Of a stretch of 64,000 nucleotides of DNA, positions 34,505 through 45,400 are shown in pieces. Source of the DNA: a virus (taxonomy: Duplodnaviria > Caudoviricetes); the IMG/VR virus record IMGVR_UViG_2706795740_000001, positions 1 through 64,000 of that record, one strand, 5' to 3'. The number at the start of each line of letters is the position of its first letter. The stretch's first letter is position 1. A program made the position numbers and the translations under genes. A model generated the notes under the pieces. That model ran no database searches. It was not told the origin of the DNA and was given only the letters and a program-made list of their open reading frames with translations.

Positions 34505-37177
34505 ATGGCAGATACTTCATACCAACCAACACCGTGGCTTGACACAATGCTAAACGAAGAACACCTACTTGAAGGGTTGGTGGGCATATGTTTGAATAAC
34601 GGATGGACAAAAGTAGGCGAGTTTACGAAAGTTGTCTATCCAAGTAAGTTGACGAAGCCGACCATTAAAAGATTCTACTTGCCGCTGGCTAACCCTGATG
34701 TAGACGTTCCTGAGGTACTGAATGATGAATACTATATCTTCCTTGAAGGGGAGATTTGCCCGATAACCTATTACAAAGCTGTTAAGAATGGTGACGGCAC
34801 AACAACCATCACGTTCGAGCCGGGGGTGTCGGGCCAAGTCGCAATCTATTACAGTGACGTAAAGGGAACAGATGAGTTCGAGTTCTATGTGGCCAAGCAC
34901 TATATTGTACGTAATGCTTCTGGCAACCTTTTCGGCATGGCGATGCTTGCCAACTTTAAAGAGCAGATGCAGAATACGGGCTGTAAAGTTCCATTCTCCA
35001 TCTACGATTCCAATATTGACGACGAGTATGATTTTGGGGCACAACTGAGACCACAGGACTTAGGCGTTTTTTCTTGGGCGAAGCAGAAAGCGGAAGAGGA
35101 AGGACTGTATGAGCGGCATACGCTTTACTTTTATCAATTAGAGAAGTTCGCTAATGGCGGACGATGGTTAACGGGGTGGGATAAACCAGCAGACTACAAG
35201 AGGCTGGCGCTAGATGCAGAAATTCAAACAACTATGTGGGGTCTGGCAGACCAAACAAATGCCTTGCAGTTCAAGATTACTGACAAGTACCCATCTAACT
35301 ATCAATCACCCATAGTGACGGCTCATACCCGTATCCCACAGCTTGAGAACGTAGAGAAGCTAGGGTTCTTAGACGTAAAGTACACGAACTGGTGGGATGA
35401 CAGTAAGGTATTCGTCAAGGGATTCATTGACGGAAAATCCCTAATGTTCATTATTATTGCGGACACTGCTCCGGTTTGGGACAGCAACGCCGTTCCTGCT
35501 ATTCCTCTCTACATGGGTGACTTTGAAATCGACGGAGCTAAAGATGAGGTAGTGAACCGCGACATTACATTCGATTTCCATGAAGCTCAGACAAGGGCTT
35601 CTACTGTCATTTCTAGTAAGCCTATGATCAATGCAGGCTCTACTGTAAAGATTTGGCTTATGGGGGACTGTGACGGAGATGTAGGTAATGAATCTATTAC
35701 CCTGAAGATTGGCGATACGGAAGTAGGGAAGTTTAATACCGCAGACGCAGTAGAGCCTACAGGTAACAGGGACGATGCTCAGTTCATGGGTGAGTTTCCT
35801 ATAACGGGTGTGGAGGGTAAGAATAACGTAACCATCGAAGCAGTCAGTGACAGCGACGTGAGCGGTTACAGTCCTGTGTCTGCTAGAATGTGGTTGGAGC
35901 TGACCATTAACACTGACAAGAACGCTGATGGCGCGCCGTCTGCTCTATTCTCCGGTACTGCTTACAGCAAGGACGGAGAGGACGTAACCAAGGCTCTGAA
36001 GCGATCAGCAGAATTTGACTATGATGATGTGAATTTGAAGCAAGAGGTTCTTCTTCCAATCATGAAAGATTACTCGCACTATCCAAGTAATGGTGTTGAT
36101 TCTATCATGGTCAAAAGGACAAAATACGGGGCAAGATATCAGGCCCATTACCTTTCGTGGAACGTTCCATCCAACACTATGCCCCCTGTTAGGCAGAATA
36201 AGGACGGACACAAACACCCAAGGGCATGGGACAATTTCATGAATGAGCAGTACAAATTCCAGTTCAGTCCGTCACGTTATAGCGGCAAAGCACACTCTTC
36301 AAGAGCGCTCCTAATTCACCCTGAAGATGGCGGATTTGGAACATTGCGAAATGTTATTTTGGTGTCACCCTTAACTATAATGAATGGTGATGAATTGAAA
36401 GTTGTTAAAAACCACTGTGATGATGAGAATAAATATGAGGTGTATTCTTATTATTTGGTAGAGGGCATTTCCCCTCTAACAAAAAGACCAGCAACGGCAT
36501 TTAGGCCTGCGGGGCTGGGCATCTTAAAGGCAGGGTACACGTTACCTGAGATTCCACCCCCACCGCCTCCTCCTCCGCCGTTAGTTGTAAATATCAGCCC
36601 TTCTAGTTCGACTATAGAAGCAGGAGCAAGTATTAAATTCACCTCAACTTATAGTAAGCATTCTCCTATGTCTAATTTCAAGTGGGACGTTTCCAGCGAT
36701 GTATCGAGAGGTAGTTTTACGGTGGATAATGCAACATTCGTGTTCAAGAATGCAGGGACGTACCAAGTCGCATTCGCATTTTGGAATGAGTTGGGACAGA
36801 AGGGAGTGGTATCCGCCACTGTGGTTGTCAATGAACCGCCTCTTCCCCCGCCCCCACCGCCCCCTCCCCCACCGCCAAATACGTTGCAGTGTGGTCACTT
36901 AAATGACACAGGCGGAGGTAGGATTACTGAAAAGTACCATGAGATGGGAGATAAGTCAGGCTCAGTAAGAATCGACTACGATATGTACGGATACCCCGAC
37001 AGAATTGACGTTTTTTACCAAAGTCAGTTACTTGCATCGTCCAACGGCTATGTGGTGAATAAAGGTCAAGTAAACTTCTCATACGCACCTGTAGGGGGAG
37101 TAACTCAGATTAAGGTAATTATTAGTTCTGACTCGGATGGAACAAGTTGGGAATACATGGTTAACTGCCCTGTGTAG
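34505..37177 (+). CDS. tail structural protein with poly-Pro linkers and PKD/Ig-like C-terminal domains
   Basis: two long Pro runs; FKNAGTYQV; paralog of the next two genes. Confidence 0.75.
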   Translation: MADTSYQPTPWLDTMLNEEHLLEGLVGICLNNGWTKVGEFTKVVYPSKLTKPTIKRFYLPLANPDVDVPEVLNDEYYIFLEGEICPITYYKAVKNGDGTTTITFEPGVSGQVAIYYSDVKGTDEFEFYVAKHYIVRNASGNLFGMAMLANFKEQMQNTGCKVPFSIYDSNIDDEYDFGAQLRPQDLGVFSWAKQKAEEEGLYERHTLYFYQLEKFANGGRWLTGWDKPADYKRLALDAEIQTTMWGLADQTNALQFKITDKYPSNYQSPIVTAHTRIPQLENVEKLGFLDVKYTNWWDDSKVFVKGFIDGKSLMFIIIADTAPVWDSNAVPAIPLYMGDFEIDGAKDEVVNRDITFDFHEAQTRASTVISSKPMINAGSTVKIWLMGDCDGDVGNESITLKIGDTEVGKFNTADAVEPTGNRDDAQFMGEFPITGVEGKNNVTIEAVSDSDVSGYSPVSARMWLELTINTDKNADGAPSALFSGTAYSKDGEDVTKALKRSAEFDYDDVNLKQEVLLPIMKDYSHYPSNGVDSIMVKRTKYGARYQAHYLSWNVPSNTMPPVRQNKDGHKHPRAWDNFMNEQYKFQFSPSRYSGKAHSSRALLIHPEDGGFGTLRNVILVSPLTIMNGDELKVVKNHCDDENKYEVYSYYLVEGISPLTKRPATAFRPAGLGILKAGYTLPEIPPPPPPPPPLVVNISPSSSTIEAGASIKFTSTYSKHSPMSNFKWDVSSDVSRGSFTVDNATFVFKNAGTYQVAFAFWNELGQKGVVSATVVVNEPPLPPPPPPPPPPPNTLQCGHLNDTGGGRITEKYHEMGDKSGSVRIDYDMYGYPDRIDVFYQSQLLASSNGYVVNKGQVNFSYAPVGGVTQIKVIISSDSDGTSWEYMVNCPV

Positions 37178-37223
37178 CACAGGGCGGCTTTTATAACAAA
37201 GAGAGTAAAGGGGTGCTATATAA

Positions 37224-38684
37224 ATGCTGTTTATTGATACGACACCTGCCTCTTTTACCCCAAGGGTAACGGAAGCAGATATTCAGCCACGTTTGGGTGA
37301 CTTACTGAAAACAGCAGGGTGGAAGGTAGCCGCTAACTTTAAAAAGGTGGTTTTTGATGCAGTTTTGACAAACCCAGTTGTAGGTCTGAACGATTCTGCG
37401 AGCATCCCCATCTATGTGGCAGAGCACTTTATTTATGCTAATAAAGAAAATAAGATGTTTGGCGTAGCTGTAATGGGTACGTGGGCACAGAACTTGGGTC
37501 AGCTTAGGAAAATGAATAAGTCTCCTGAGCCTAGCACTAATGGAGGGGCTACATTAGAGATATTCGGGGAATGGGCAACGAACGAGTTCCGTAAATACCG
37601 TTCCCCACAAACTTTGTATATCTATATGGTAGAAGATTTAAAAGGTCTGATCCCCAACAGCCCTGATATTGTCCTCGGTTGGGATACAAATTCGGCGGAC
37701 ACATTCAAACGTGCCGTTCTTGACATTGAAGTAGAAGCTTCAGAGTGGACAGGCTCTCCGGGAATATTTAGAGTAAGTAGTGCTGAAGGGGGTCGAATGC
37801 AATCCCCGATCATGCAGGCCGGGCTTCGTACACATTTGCTAGAAAACTATTACGATGAGGATTATCACTACGCTATTCAAAATACGAACTGGTGGCATGA
37901 TTCGGAGATTTCTATTAAAGGCCATTTGGATGAAACAAACCTATTCTTCATTGTACAGTGCGATAACGTACCTGCGCCTGAAGGAAACCTTGTTCCAGTA
38001 ATTCCACTGTACTTCGGTAAGCTTGACCCATTGGAAGAAGGGGATAACGCTTACGCATTATTTACAGGCAGTGTGCCTATAGTCAGCACAGTAGGCAATC
38101 TGGAGTCTAAGTTAGAAGCTATCGCCAAGTATGATTATGACGATACAACTAAGAAGACTCCAAACATCATGCCGCTTATGAAAACCTATCCTAAGTTCCC
38201 TGCGAATGGTCTGGATAATGTCATGGTAAGTCGCGGTAAACTAGGTGCTCGATATCAGGCACACTATCTATCATGGAACGCTCCCGCTAATGGCATCGAA
38301 CCTGCACGTACCTCAGTAGACGGCAGGGATTACCCACGTGCTTGGAACAATGCGGAGAATCCGCTTTATAAATATTCTTTTAACCCGTCCCGTTACAGTC
38401 AGAAAGTCCACACCTCCAAGGTATACGTAATCCATCCCGAAGAGGGCGTACGTGGTTCTTTGAAAGGCACTATTGGATTATCGGCAATGTCCTTTAACGC
38501 CAATAAGCTACGTGTTAAGAAGACACATTGTCCCGAACAGTTCGATGTATTCCGCTACTTTTTGGTGGAGGGCGTATCCCCATTAACTAAAAAGCCGGGA
38601 ACACAGTATCGCCCAATGGGTATTGGATTGTACTTCAATACTGTGGATGATGAGGGAAATGAGGTAACTCCGCCTACTCCTTAA
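37224..38684 (+). CDS. tail structural protein (paralog of 34505)
   Basis: shared TNWW, YQAHYLSW, PSRYS, IHPE motifs. Confidence 0.75.
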   Translation: MLFIDTTPASFTPRVTEADIQPRLGDLLKTAGWKVAANFKKVVFDAVLTNPVVGLNDSASIPIYVAEHFIYANKENKMFGVAVMGTWAQNLGQLRKMNKSPEPSTNGGATLEIFGEWATNEFRKYRSPQTLYIYMVEDLKGLIPNSPDIVLGWDTNSADTFKRAVLDIEVEASEWTGSPGIFRVSSAEGGRMQSPIMQAGLRTHLLENYYDEDYHYAIQNTNWWHDSEISIKGHLDETNLFFIVQCDNVPAPEGNLVPVIPLYFGKLDPLEEGDNAYALFTGSVPIVSTVGNLESKLEAIAKYDYDDTTKKTPNIMPLMKTYPKFPANGLDNVMVSRGKLGARYQAHYLSWNAPANGIEPARTSVDGRDYPRAWNNAENPLYKYSFNPSRYSQKVHTSKVYVIHPEEGVRGSLKGTIGLSAMSFNANKLRVKKTHCPEQFDVFRYFLVEGVSPLTKKPGTQYRPMGIGLYFNTVDDEGNEVTPPTP

Positions 38685-38716
38685 TTGGGGCGGACTAAAA
38701 CGTGAGGTGATTAATC

Positions 38717-40534
38717 GTGAGTTGGTTCGATGGAGATTCAACGATTCAGTTGTTCCCGCAAGACCTTGAAAAGTTGTTTAATTCTAAAGGCTGGAACACT
38801 TTCATTAAATATCGTTCTGTATCCGAAGATGCTCAAAAGTTCGCGGATGTCCGGCTGTTCCGATCTTTGGGTTCGGACGGTCAAATGCGAAATTTCGGCA
38901 TGGCGTACGGGTATGGGAAGACGACTAAACCTGAGTTGGGTGAGCAGGAGTTTATTTCCCAAAACTCAGTGTTAGGGGCTTTGGTAAAAGATGAAACACT
39001 CAATACCAAATTCCGTTTTAAGGTTTACCCTGTGATTAAAGATTCTGTGATTGTATACAAGAACAGTAATGTTGTGCCAGATACGGAATATGAATTAGAC
39101 GAGCTTAAGGGTATCGTAACATTCACTTCCGCGCCTGATGCTACTGATATTATTACAGCAAACTACTCGCCATCGCCTATTGCACCACAACCAGTAAAGC
39201 GACTTTACTTTTTCACTTTTGATGATGTGCGTGGAGAGAAGATTGTGCAAGGCATTAGTGGCGGAGTAAAGGTGGGAGACCCTGAGTCCATCTTGCCCGA
39301 TGGAGACGGAGTTCGCAAGGCATTTCCGATTCCTACCGAATCGACAATAAAAGCAGACACAGTTCGTATTTACATCAACCAAGTTGAGCAAACTGAAACA
39401 GCTTTCTCAGTTGACTACGCCACAAACACAATAACATTTGTTGTCGCACCGGACGCAGGGGCAGAAATCCACGCATCTTACATTCGAATCTTGAATGCGA
39501 CAGGAACGCAAACATTAAACTATGGGGATGTTAGGGTTAAGAACTTTGACCCTAATAAGGGAGATACGCTAATGAACGCAGTGTATTCTGCGCTATATTA
39601 CATCTATCCTTCTCTTCCGACGGCATTGTCCTTCACTCCACTACAAGACTTTGATAGAGGGTGGCAACGTGACAGCACAATGTACTATTGGGGCAATGTT
39701 ACAAAAGACCGAATTGTTATGTTCTTTAGACCTGACCCGACTCCGGGGGCAGAAAACACGTACTTTGCACCGTTGTACATTGGTCGCCTGACCACACTAG
39801 GTAAGTCTCCACGTAAGAACCATGTGCTCATTGCTGGATGTCGAGAAGCAGATGAGGTGGTATGGAAAAAGGATTTGAAGCTCGGTGCTATTTACGTAGA
39901 CTACGGAAACCACACCTCAAACGGTAACAGAAGCGTACAGCTTCAACAGTCCATTGGCGGCACGTACTACCAACAGCACTACTTAGCGTTCATCACCCAT
40001 GACAAGGAAGTTGATGCAGGTCAATCGCGATTTAATCCGTCGGTTTACACTGGTAAGTACCACATATCCCCAATGTACATTGTTCACCCTAATGACGGGT
40101 TCGTAGGGAAATTGGATGAGTGCTATGCTGTCCACCCCAAGAACATTTCTCAATTGGATGAACTGGAAGTCATCGAGACATCGGAGAATGAAGATTTAGG
40201 CAAGGGTGACGGATTTAACAAAATCTTCCACTTAGCTCACCAACCTTCTCTCAAAGACGATGGTACGCCATTCAAGTTGGATATTAGAGTAGACTGCGTA
40301 CTGCAAACACTTGGCACAGACTACAACATTGACATGGAGACGAAGACTATTACTTTCGTTGACGGAAAATTGCCTGCGTCGGGCAAAGAAGTGATTGCGA
40401 CTTACGAGTATAAACAACTCTATCGCTACACTCTTGCAGATACCCCAGTTAGCCCGTTCACACTGGCAAATATGTCTCCGTTCGCCCCTATTGGTCTCGG
40501 TATCTTGAAAGAGACCCTTAAGAAGAACAGTTAA
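38717..40534 (+). CDS. tail structural protein with repeated small beta domains
   Basis: GDG..K.F and ITF...P repeats; YQQHYLAF, FNPSVY. Confidence 0.75.
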   Translation: MSWFDGDSTIQLFPQDLEKLFNSKGWNTFIKYRSVSEDAQKFADVRLFRSLGSDGQMRNFGMAYGYGKTTKPELGEQEFISQNSVLGALVKDETLNTKFRFKVYPVIKDSVIVYKNSNVVPDTEYELDELKGIVTFTSAPDATDIITANYSPSPIAPQPVKRLYFFTFDDVRGEKIVQGISGGVKVGDPESILPDGDGVRKAFPIPTESTIKADTVRIYINQVEQTETAFSVDYATNTITFVVAPDAGAEIHASYIRILNATGTQTLNYGDVRVKNFDPNKGDTLMNAVYSALYYIYPSLPTALSFTPLQDFDRGWQRDSTMYYWGNVTKDRIVMFFRPDPTPGAENTYFAPLYIGRLTTLGKSPRKNHVLIAGCREADEVVWKKDLKLGAIYVDYGNHTSNGNRSVQLQQSIGGTYYQQHYLAFITHDKEVDAGQSRFNPSVYTGKYHISPMYIVHPNDGFVGKLDECYAVHPKNISQLDELEVIETSENEDLGKGDGFNKIFHLAHQPSLKDDGTPFKLDIRVDCVLQTLGTDYNIDMETKTITFVDGKLPASGKEVIATYEYKQLYRYTLADTPVSPFTLANMSPFAPIGLGILKETLKKNS

Positions 40535-40562
40535 TCAATAAGTAAGGGAGGTCGGCGGTGAA

Positions 40563-43500
40563 ATGCTGAATGGTAAGAAGTCTTACCTAATCAGTTTCAC
40601 CGCCCTTTTTGCTAAAAAGGGCTATGAACTGAAGGTAGGCGTAGAAGAATTTATTAACTCTAATAATCAGTACCATCTGACCGCTCCCGTAAATAGCACC
40701 TATCGGACTTTGAAAGAAGATACCATGAGGGATGCTAGTAAAGTTCCACACTCTGCTACCGGATTGTTTGGTAGATTATTTCGTGCAAAAAACATAACGG
40801 AGCATGAAGGGTTTGAAATTGAAACGGTTGTCGCTTCTATCACATCATACTTGTCGGACATCCATAGGCACTTCAATGGCGAGACAGTTTCCATAGTTGA
40901 AACAGAAGTGATGTACAGTACGGACAAACTAGAAAGGGCCATTAATGCTGATGTTGCTACGGCCAATGAAACCCAATCTGCTCCTGATAGTACATACATT
41001 CAGGAAATTATGGAGGGGGGCTTATACGATGTCATTGCTAAGATTGATGAAATAAACAAAGCCAAAATGCCCATGAATAGTGAGACCGGGGAGTACGATG
41101 ATTATGATACAGCCTCCCCCTACAGCAGACTTGAAGGCTTAGTGGATGGTGTAAACCTCTCCCGTACCTACGAATTAGACTTAAATGCAATGATAGAGCG
41201 GGCAGAATCCTCAAGCATCGTAAGGCAGATTCTTAGCGGGGGTGTGGATATTATTAGTCATGCCACTCATGCCCCCAATGACGTAAACCAAGGGTGTGTC
41301 CACTATGGCCATGAAGGTTACGTAATCGGCAATGACTCTGTGATTACCAAGACAGGATACGCAGAAACCGTAGAGAATATGCACATGGAGAAATGGACAA
41401 CTCATGAAATTCACATGAAAGCCATTACACTGGATGTTGAACATAGGGCCAGTAGCAGAGCCTTGATAGATTTGGAACAAACCTACACCGGGTATAAGGC
41501 AGAGGTTACTGCGCAGGCAATTGTGGAGGGTACTGAAAATGCTACCAACTCCATGTCACTTGATTCTCAGGCGGAGCTATTTACAGTAGCTGATACCTAC
41601 GGCAATGGGGAAGAGAATGTATGTCTAACTGAAGTGGAATCAGTACAGAACGGGGAACTGAGTGAAGCAGTTGCGGCGGAGGACATAGTTGATATTGACC
41701 TACAGAAAACAGTATTTTCTGAAACCTTTATGGATTCCGATATGCAGGATTATACACAGATCGGCCTTATTCTTGAAGGTCATACTCAGGAAACAATCAC
41801 CGGAGACCTGATACAGCCGACCTACGACGGGAAGGTAGAAGGAAGAATAGTCGATAGTGAGAATATTGCCAACACATTAATAGAAGAGACGGTTTTTTAT
41901 TTCACTGAGCAAAGTGCCCACATCGAGGAGTACACTGAAGCAGGAACGGAGATTCACCCTCTTGTTGAACTGCCGCACTTAGCAGAAGCTATCATTTATT
42001 ACTTCGACTCTAATATCGACAGAGTTGACTCATCTACCGCCCACATTAAAGAAGGACTTACACTCACCACGACGATTGCTGACAATCACCAAAATGCCGA
42101 CTTACAGCTACTTCGGCGGGCAGACACCTCTAACGATACCATAATATATCATACATCTTTAAGTACCAAGCATCAGGAGGAAGGGGTTTCCCCTGTAGGG
42201 GTTGAGTTCGGCAGGGAAGAGGTAGGTTATGAATCGTATTCGGCAATGGGGCTGAGTGCCACAGAACGGAACACTAAGGATGCTCACGAGGGTTCAGTAC
42301 TGACGGAAGGTGGGCAAACAACAGAAGAGGCTGTAATCCTCTTTCCTGTGAGAGACACCGACTACGGCCGTGCCGCTGATGTGTCAGTCATTGCTAATTC
42401 ACACCAGAATCTGGAAACTAATAACGCCGATGGAGCTGTAGAGTACGCTTCTATGGGGCTTGTATGGAAGTCACTTGAAGCAGATAACGAAAGATTTACT
42501 GATACGCTCTTTTTCAACGAAGGTTTAGGTACTAACAAAATTCTTACCGATTCTGTAATGCATTTAGGAGAGGGTTCTTTAGTCGAGCACATCCTTGATA
42601 CCAAAAATATTACAAAAGATAGGGATGGTGTCGTGGAAGAATTAACTGCGGCAGAGACAGGCCCTAGCATAAAAAGTGACACCCAAGTCCTTTTGACATT
42701 CGAGCAACTAAAAGACATTATCGCGAATGAACCGGAAATCATGAGAACTGTCCGGTTAATGGAAATCATGTATGGTTCAAGGGCTGTGGAATTAATAGAA
42801 GCAGGAATGGAAGACATTATGCATGACAGCTTGAATGAGGGTTTTTCAGCTTCTGACAAGACAGCTATTACTGAATCCGTCATTGAGCAGATCAAACAGG
42901 CGGGCGCAGGAGTCACAGCATACGCTTCTACTCAAGAGTACAGTCAGGCAGATCAGAACAAGAGCGGTGACGTGCTTGTCGATAGCGCAGAGCAAGGTAA
43001 GTCCGAAATTAGGGATGAAGCCACAAAAGAAGAGGTGGTAATGTCTTCCATATATGCGTTTAATAGACCTACTGATCTTGCGGCATTGAGTCGATCTATT
43101 GTGCAAGCTAGCCATAATATGAGCATTGACCATGAGATTAACAAGGCTGAACTAGCTACGTTTGGCATAGGATTGAAGCCCCAAGAGAATGAGACAGCAG
43201 ACACTATAAGTAAAGAGGAAGTCGTTGTCAAGTTCACGGAAACTGCTGAAACAGGTATAGGTAGGAGTGGAGAAGGCCCTTACAAATTGAAGTCAGTTAC
43301 AAAAGGCATAGGTTTTGAGGGAGTTCTAGCCGAGACCGATACAGGGCAGACAATCTCCAGCGGAGAAGGCATTTTGTGTGACACAGAAATGACAGACTAC
43401 TCTGTAGACAGGAATACAGTAGATGGCCCTATCACTTCTGAAACAGCAGTCAGCAGTGCAAGCGCCACGGGAATTGAACGCAGGCCAGAGTGGGCAGAAT

Positions 43501-44294
43501 TTCTTGATTTCAACAGAAAGGCCCTTATTCAAGAGATTGAACGAACTGACTATAGACCTACGGATTATGTAACTTTTAAAGATGGTCTTGAAGAGGCTAC
43601 GTACAGTGAGTCACTTAGCGCTGTTTCAGCAGAAGCAGAGGAGGCCGCTTCGAGTAGTTACAACGAGTCGGTTGTTCATAAAATAGAAGAAACGTCTAAC
43701 GGTAGTTCAACGACAGGCGTTAACCACGATAGTGAAACTGCTTATATTAATGATAGAAGTAATTTTACTACTGTTGCTACGTACAAACAGGCCACAAATG
43801 ACGGCGTAAGTCAAGAAGCCTTGTTTGCCGAACAGGAGAGCACAGAAAGCAGTAGAAAAGAGGAAGCAGTCATTCAAGCAGGTACTCAAGCCGATACACT
43901 GTCAGGCCAAAGCCATTCTGTTTACGAAGACGTTGACAGTGCTACAAGAAAGAAGACTCAGCTTGAGACAGATATCGAAAATAGTTCTAGGGGAGATAAC
44001 AAGCGACCTGCGATCGAAACTAAGATAGTTGAGCCTGAAGACGCTAATCGCCGCAGACGTAGTGTTGATGTTCGTGCAGACGAGCCTGTAAATGGCCTCC
44101 GACCAATGAGGGTAGTTGTAACGTCCATTGAAACCCCTGAAGATGCTACGCGCCACAAGGAAATGGAGACAGCTATCATTAAACCAGAGGGCGGCACAAT
44201 GAAAACCCCTGAGACTCCGAAGAAGCCGCGTATCTGGTTGATTCTCGGTAAGATCGCATCATGGAGCATATGGAACTGGAAGAAAACAAGGTAG
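40563..44294 (+). CDS. very acidic, quasi-repetitive 1243-aa protein
   Basis: E/T/S/D-rich; basic Trp-rich C-terminal tip. Confidence 0.75.
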   Translation: MLNGKKSYLISFTALFAKKGYELKVGVEEFINSNNQYHLTAPVNSTYRTLKEDTMRDASKVPHSATGLFGRLFRAKNITEHEGFEIETVVASITSYLSDIHRHFNGETVSIVETEVMYSTDKLERAINADVATANETQSAPDSTYIQEIMEGGLYDVIAKIDEINKAKMPMNSETGEYDDYDTASPYSRLEGLVDGVNLSRTYELDLNAMIERAESSSIVRQILSGGVDIISHATHAPNDVNQGCVHYGHEGYVIGNDSVITKTGYAETVENMHMEKWTTHEIHMKAITLDVEHRASSRALIDLEQTYTGYKAEVTAQAIVEGTENATNSMSLDSQAELFTVADTYGNGEENVCLTEVESVQNGELSEAVAAEDIVDIDLQKTVFSETFMDSDMQDYTQIGLILEGHTQETITGDLIQPTYDGKVEGRIVDSENIANTLIEETVFYFTEQSAHIEEYTEAGTEIHPLVELPHLAEAIIYYFDSNIDRVDSSTAHIKEGLTLTTTIADNHQNADLQLLRRADTSNDTIIYHTSLSTKHQEEGVSPVGVEFGREEVGYESYSAMGLSATERNTKDAHEGSVLTEGGQTTEEAVILFPVRDTDYGRAADVSVIANSHQNLETNNADGAVEYASMGLVWKSLEADNERFTDTLFFNEGLGTNKILTDSVMHLGEGSLVEHILDTKNITKDRDGVVEELTAAETGPSIKSDTQVLLTFEQLKDIIANEPEIMRTVRLMEIMYGSRAVELIEAGMEDIMHDSLNEGFSASDKTAITESVIEQIKQAGAGVTAYASTQEYSQADQNKSGDVLVDSAEQGKSEIRDEATKEEVVMSSIYAFNRPTDLAALSRSIVQASHNMSIDHEINKAELATFGIGLKPQENETADTISKEEVVVKFTETAETGIGRSGEGPYKLKSVTKGIGFEGVLAETDTGQTISSGEGILCDTEMTDYSVDRNTVDGPITSETAVSSASATGIERRPEWAEFLDFNRKALIQEIERTDYRPTDYVTFKDGLEEATYSESLSAVSAEAEEAASSSYNESVVHKIEETSNGSSTTGVNHDSETAYINDRSNFTTVATYKQATNDGVSQEALFAEQESTESSRKEEAVIQAGTQADTLSGQSHSVYEDVDSATRKKTQLETDIENSSRGDNKRPAIETKIVEPEDANRRRRSVDVRADEPVNGLRPMRVVVTSIETPEDATRHKEMETAIIKPEGGTMKTPETPKKPRIWLILGKIASWSIWNWKKTR

Positions 44295-45386
44295 GTGGGA
44301 GAATTGGGAATCTACAAGAAGTGGAGTGGTGCAATCTTTGATGATAGGTTCGATAGTGGGAGTATTCATTCCCGCTATACTCTATCACCAAGCGATTCAG
44401 TTACGCTTGATAGTACGTTGGGCCAGTTAGTTATACCACACAATGAAGGCGACACGTCTGTCATGTTCGATGTACCTGAAGAGCCTACCCTGCTCATGGA
44501 AGTAACTGCCGACTATGTCCCTACTGAACTGATGGATGAGGGAGGCATAATCATCTGGCAGGATGGTTACCATCGTTTAGAGTTTCTTGAGAGCAAGGAC
44601 ACCACAGTACGGGAATATAGCCGTTGGCGAGCATTAAAGAAGGGTAACAAATGGACGTTTTTTGCCAACCGGGGCAGTGGTTGGGAAGTTTTCGATACCG
44701 CACCAATGGTTGCTGAGAAGATGGGTGTTATCCTGAGAAACAAGCATAAAGATGGGTTCGACACACTCAACGTTGACCGGATTGTAGTGTGCAAGAGCGA
44801 CAAGTTTACGGTGGGCAACCTTCCGGCAGGGTACACTGTTTATCTATGTAATCCTGAGGGAAACACGATATCGACGGCAGTAGTAGAGCCAAACTGGACA
44901 GGCTGTGAGATTGCCTTGCCGTCCGTACCGTACAACGGAATTATTCGCGTTTATGATGTTGATGGGAACTTGCTCTCTAGCTTGGGTGCGTTCGATATCT
45001 ACGGCGGAGATGTGTTCTTGTTTGGTACTGAACTGGAAGTGCATTGGAATGGTAAAGAATTGAACAAAGAAAAAGAAACTTATCTAGGGACTATGTATGA
45101 TGGGCAAATTCTTGTACAGATGGTTTTGGAGAATCCGTCAAAGGAAAAACCTGCGAGTACGATCACTCTAGGTATATTAAAGTATCTTGAGAAATTTGGG
45201 TATGAGTGGACGGACATATGCCAAGATGATGGTAATGATCGCCCTACAGGGGATTTCTCTAAGCTATTGGATATGGGGCATCTAGGCCCTTCAGGGTCAA
45301 AGAAGTTCTGGATGAAGGTAGAGAAGACGGGCGGTCATTTTCAGATCGAGCCGTTGCATTTTATTTTGGACATTAGTCATACGTAA
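44295..45386 (+). CDS. ConA/lectin-like virion protein
   Basis: GGIIIWQD...W..LKKGNKW.F...G..W jelly-roll pattern. Confidence 0.6.
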   Translation: MGELGIYKKWSGAIFDDRFDSGSIHSRYTLSPSDSVTLDSTLGQLVIPHNEGDTSVMFDVPEEPTLLMEVTADYVPTELMDEGGIIIWQDGYHRLEFLESKDTTVREYSRWRALKKGNKWTFFANRGSGWEVFDTAPMVAEKMGVILRNKHKDGFDTLNVDRIVVCKSDKFTVGNLPAGYTVYLCNPEGNTISTAVVEPNWTGCEIALPSVPYNGIIRVYDVDGNLLSSLGAFDIYGGDVFLFGTELEVHWNGKELNKEKETYLGTMYDGQILVQMVLENPSKEKPASTITLGILKYLEKFGYEWTDICQDDGNDRPTGDFSKLLDMGHLGPSGSKKFWMKVEKTGGHFQIEPLHFILDISHT

Positions 45387-45400
45387 GGAGGCGGGTCTCG

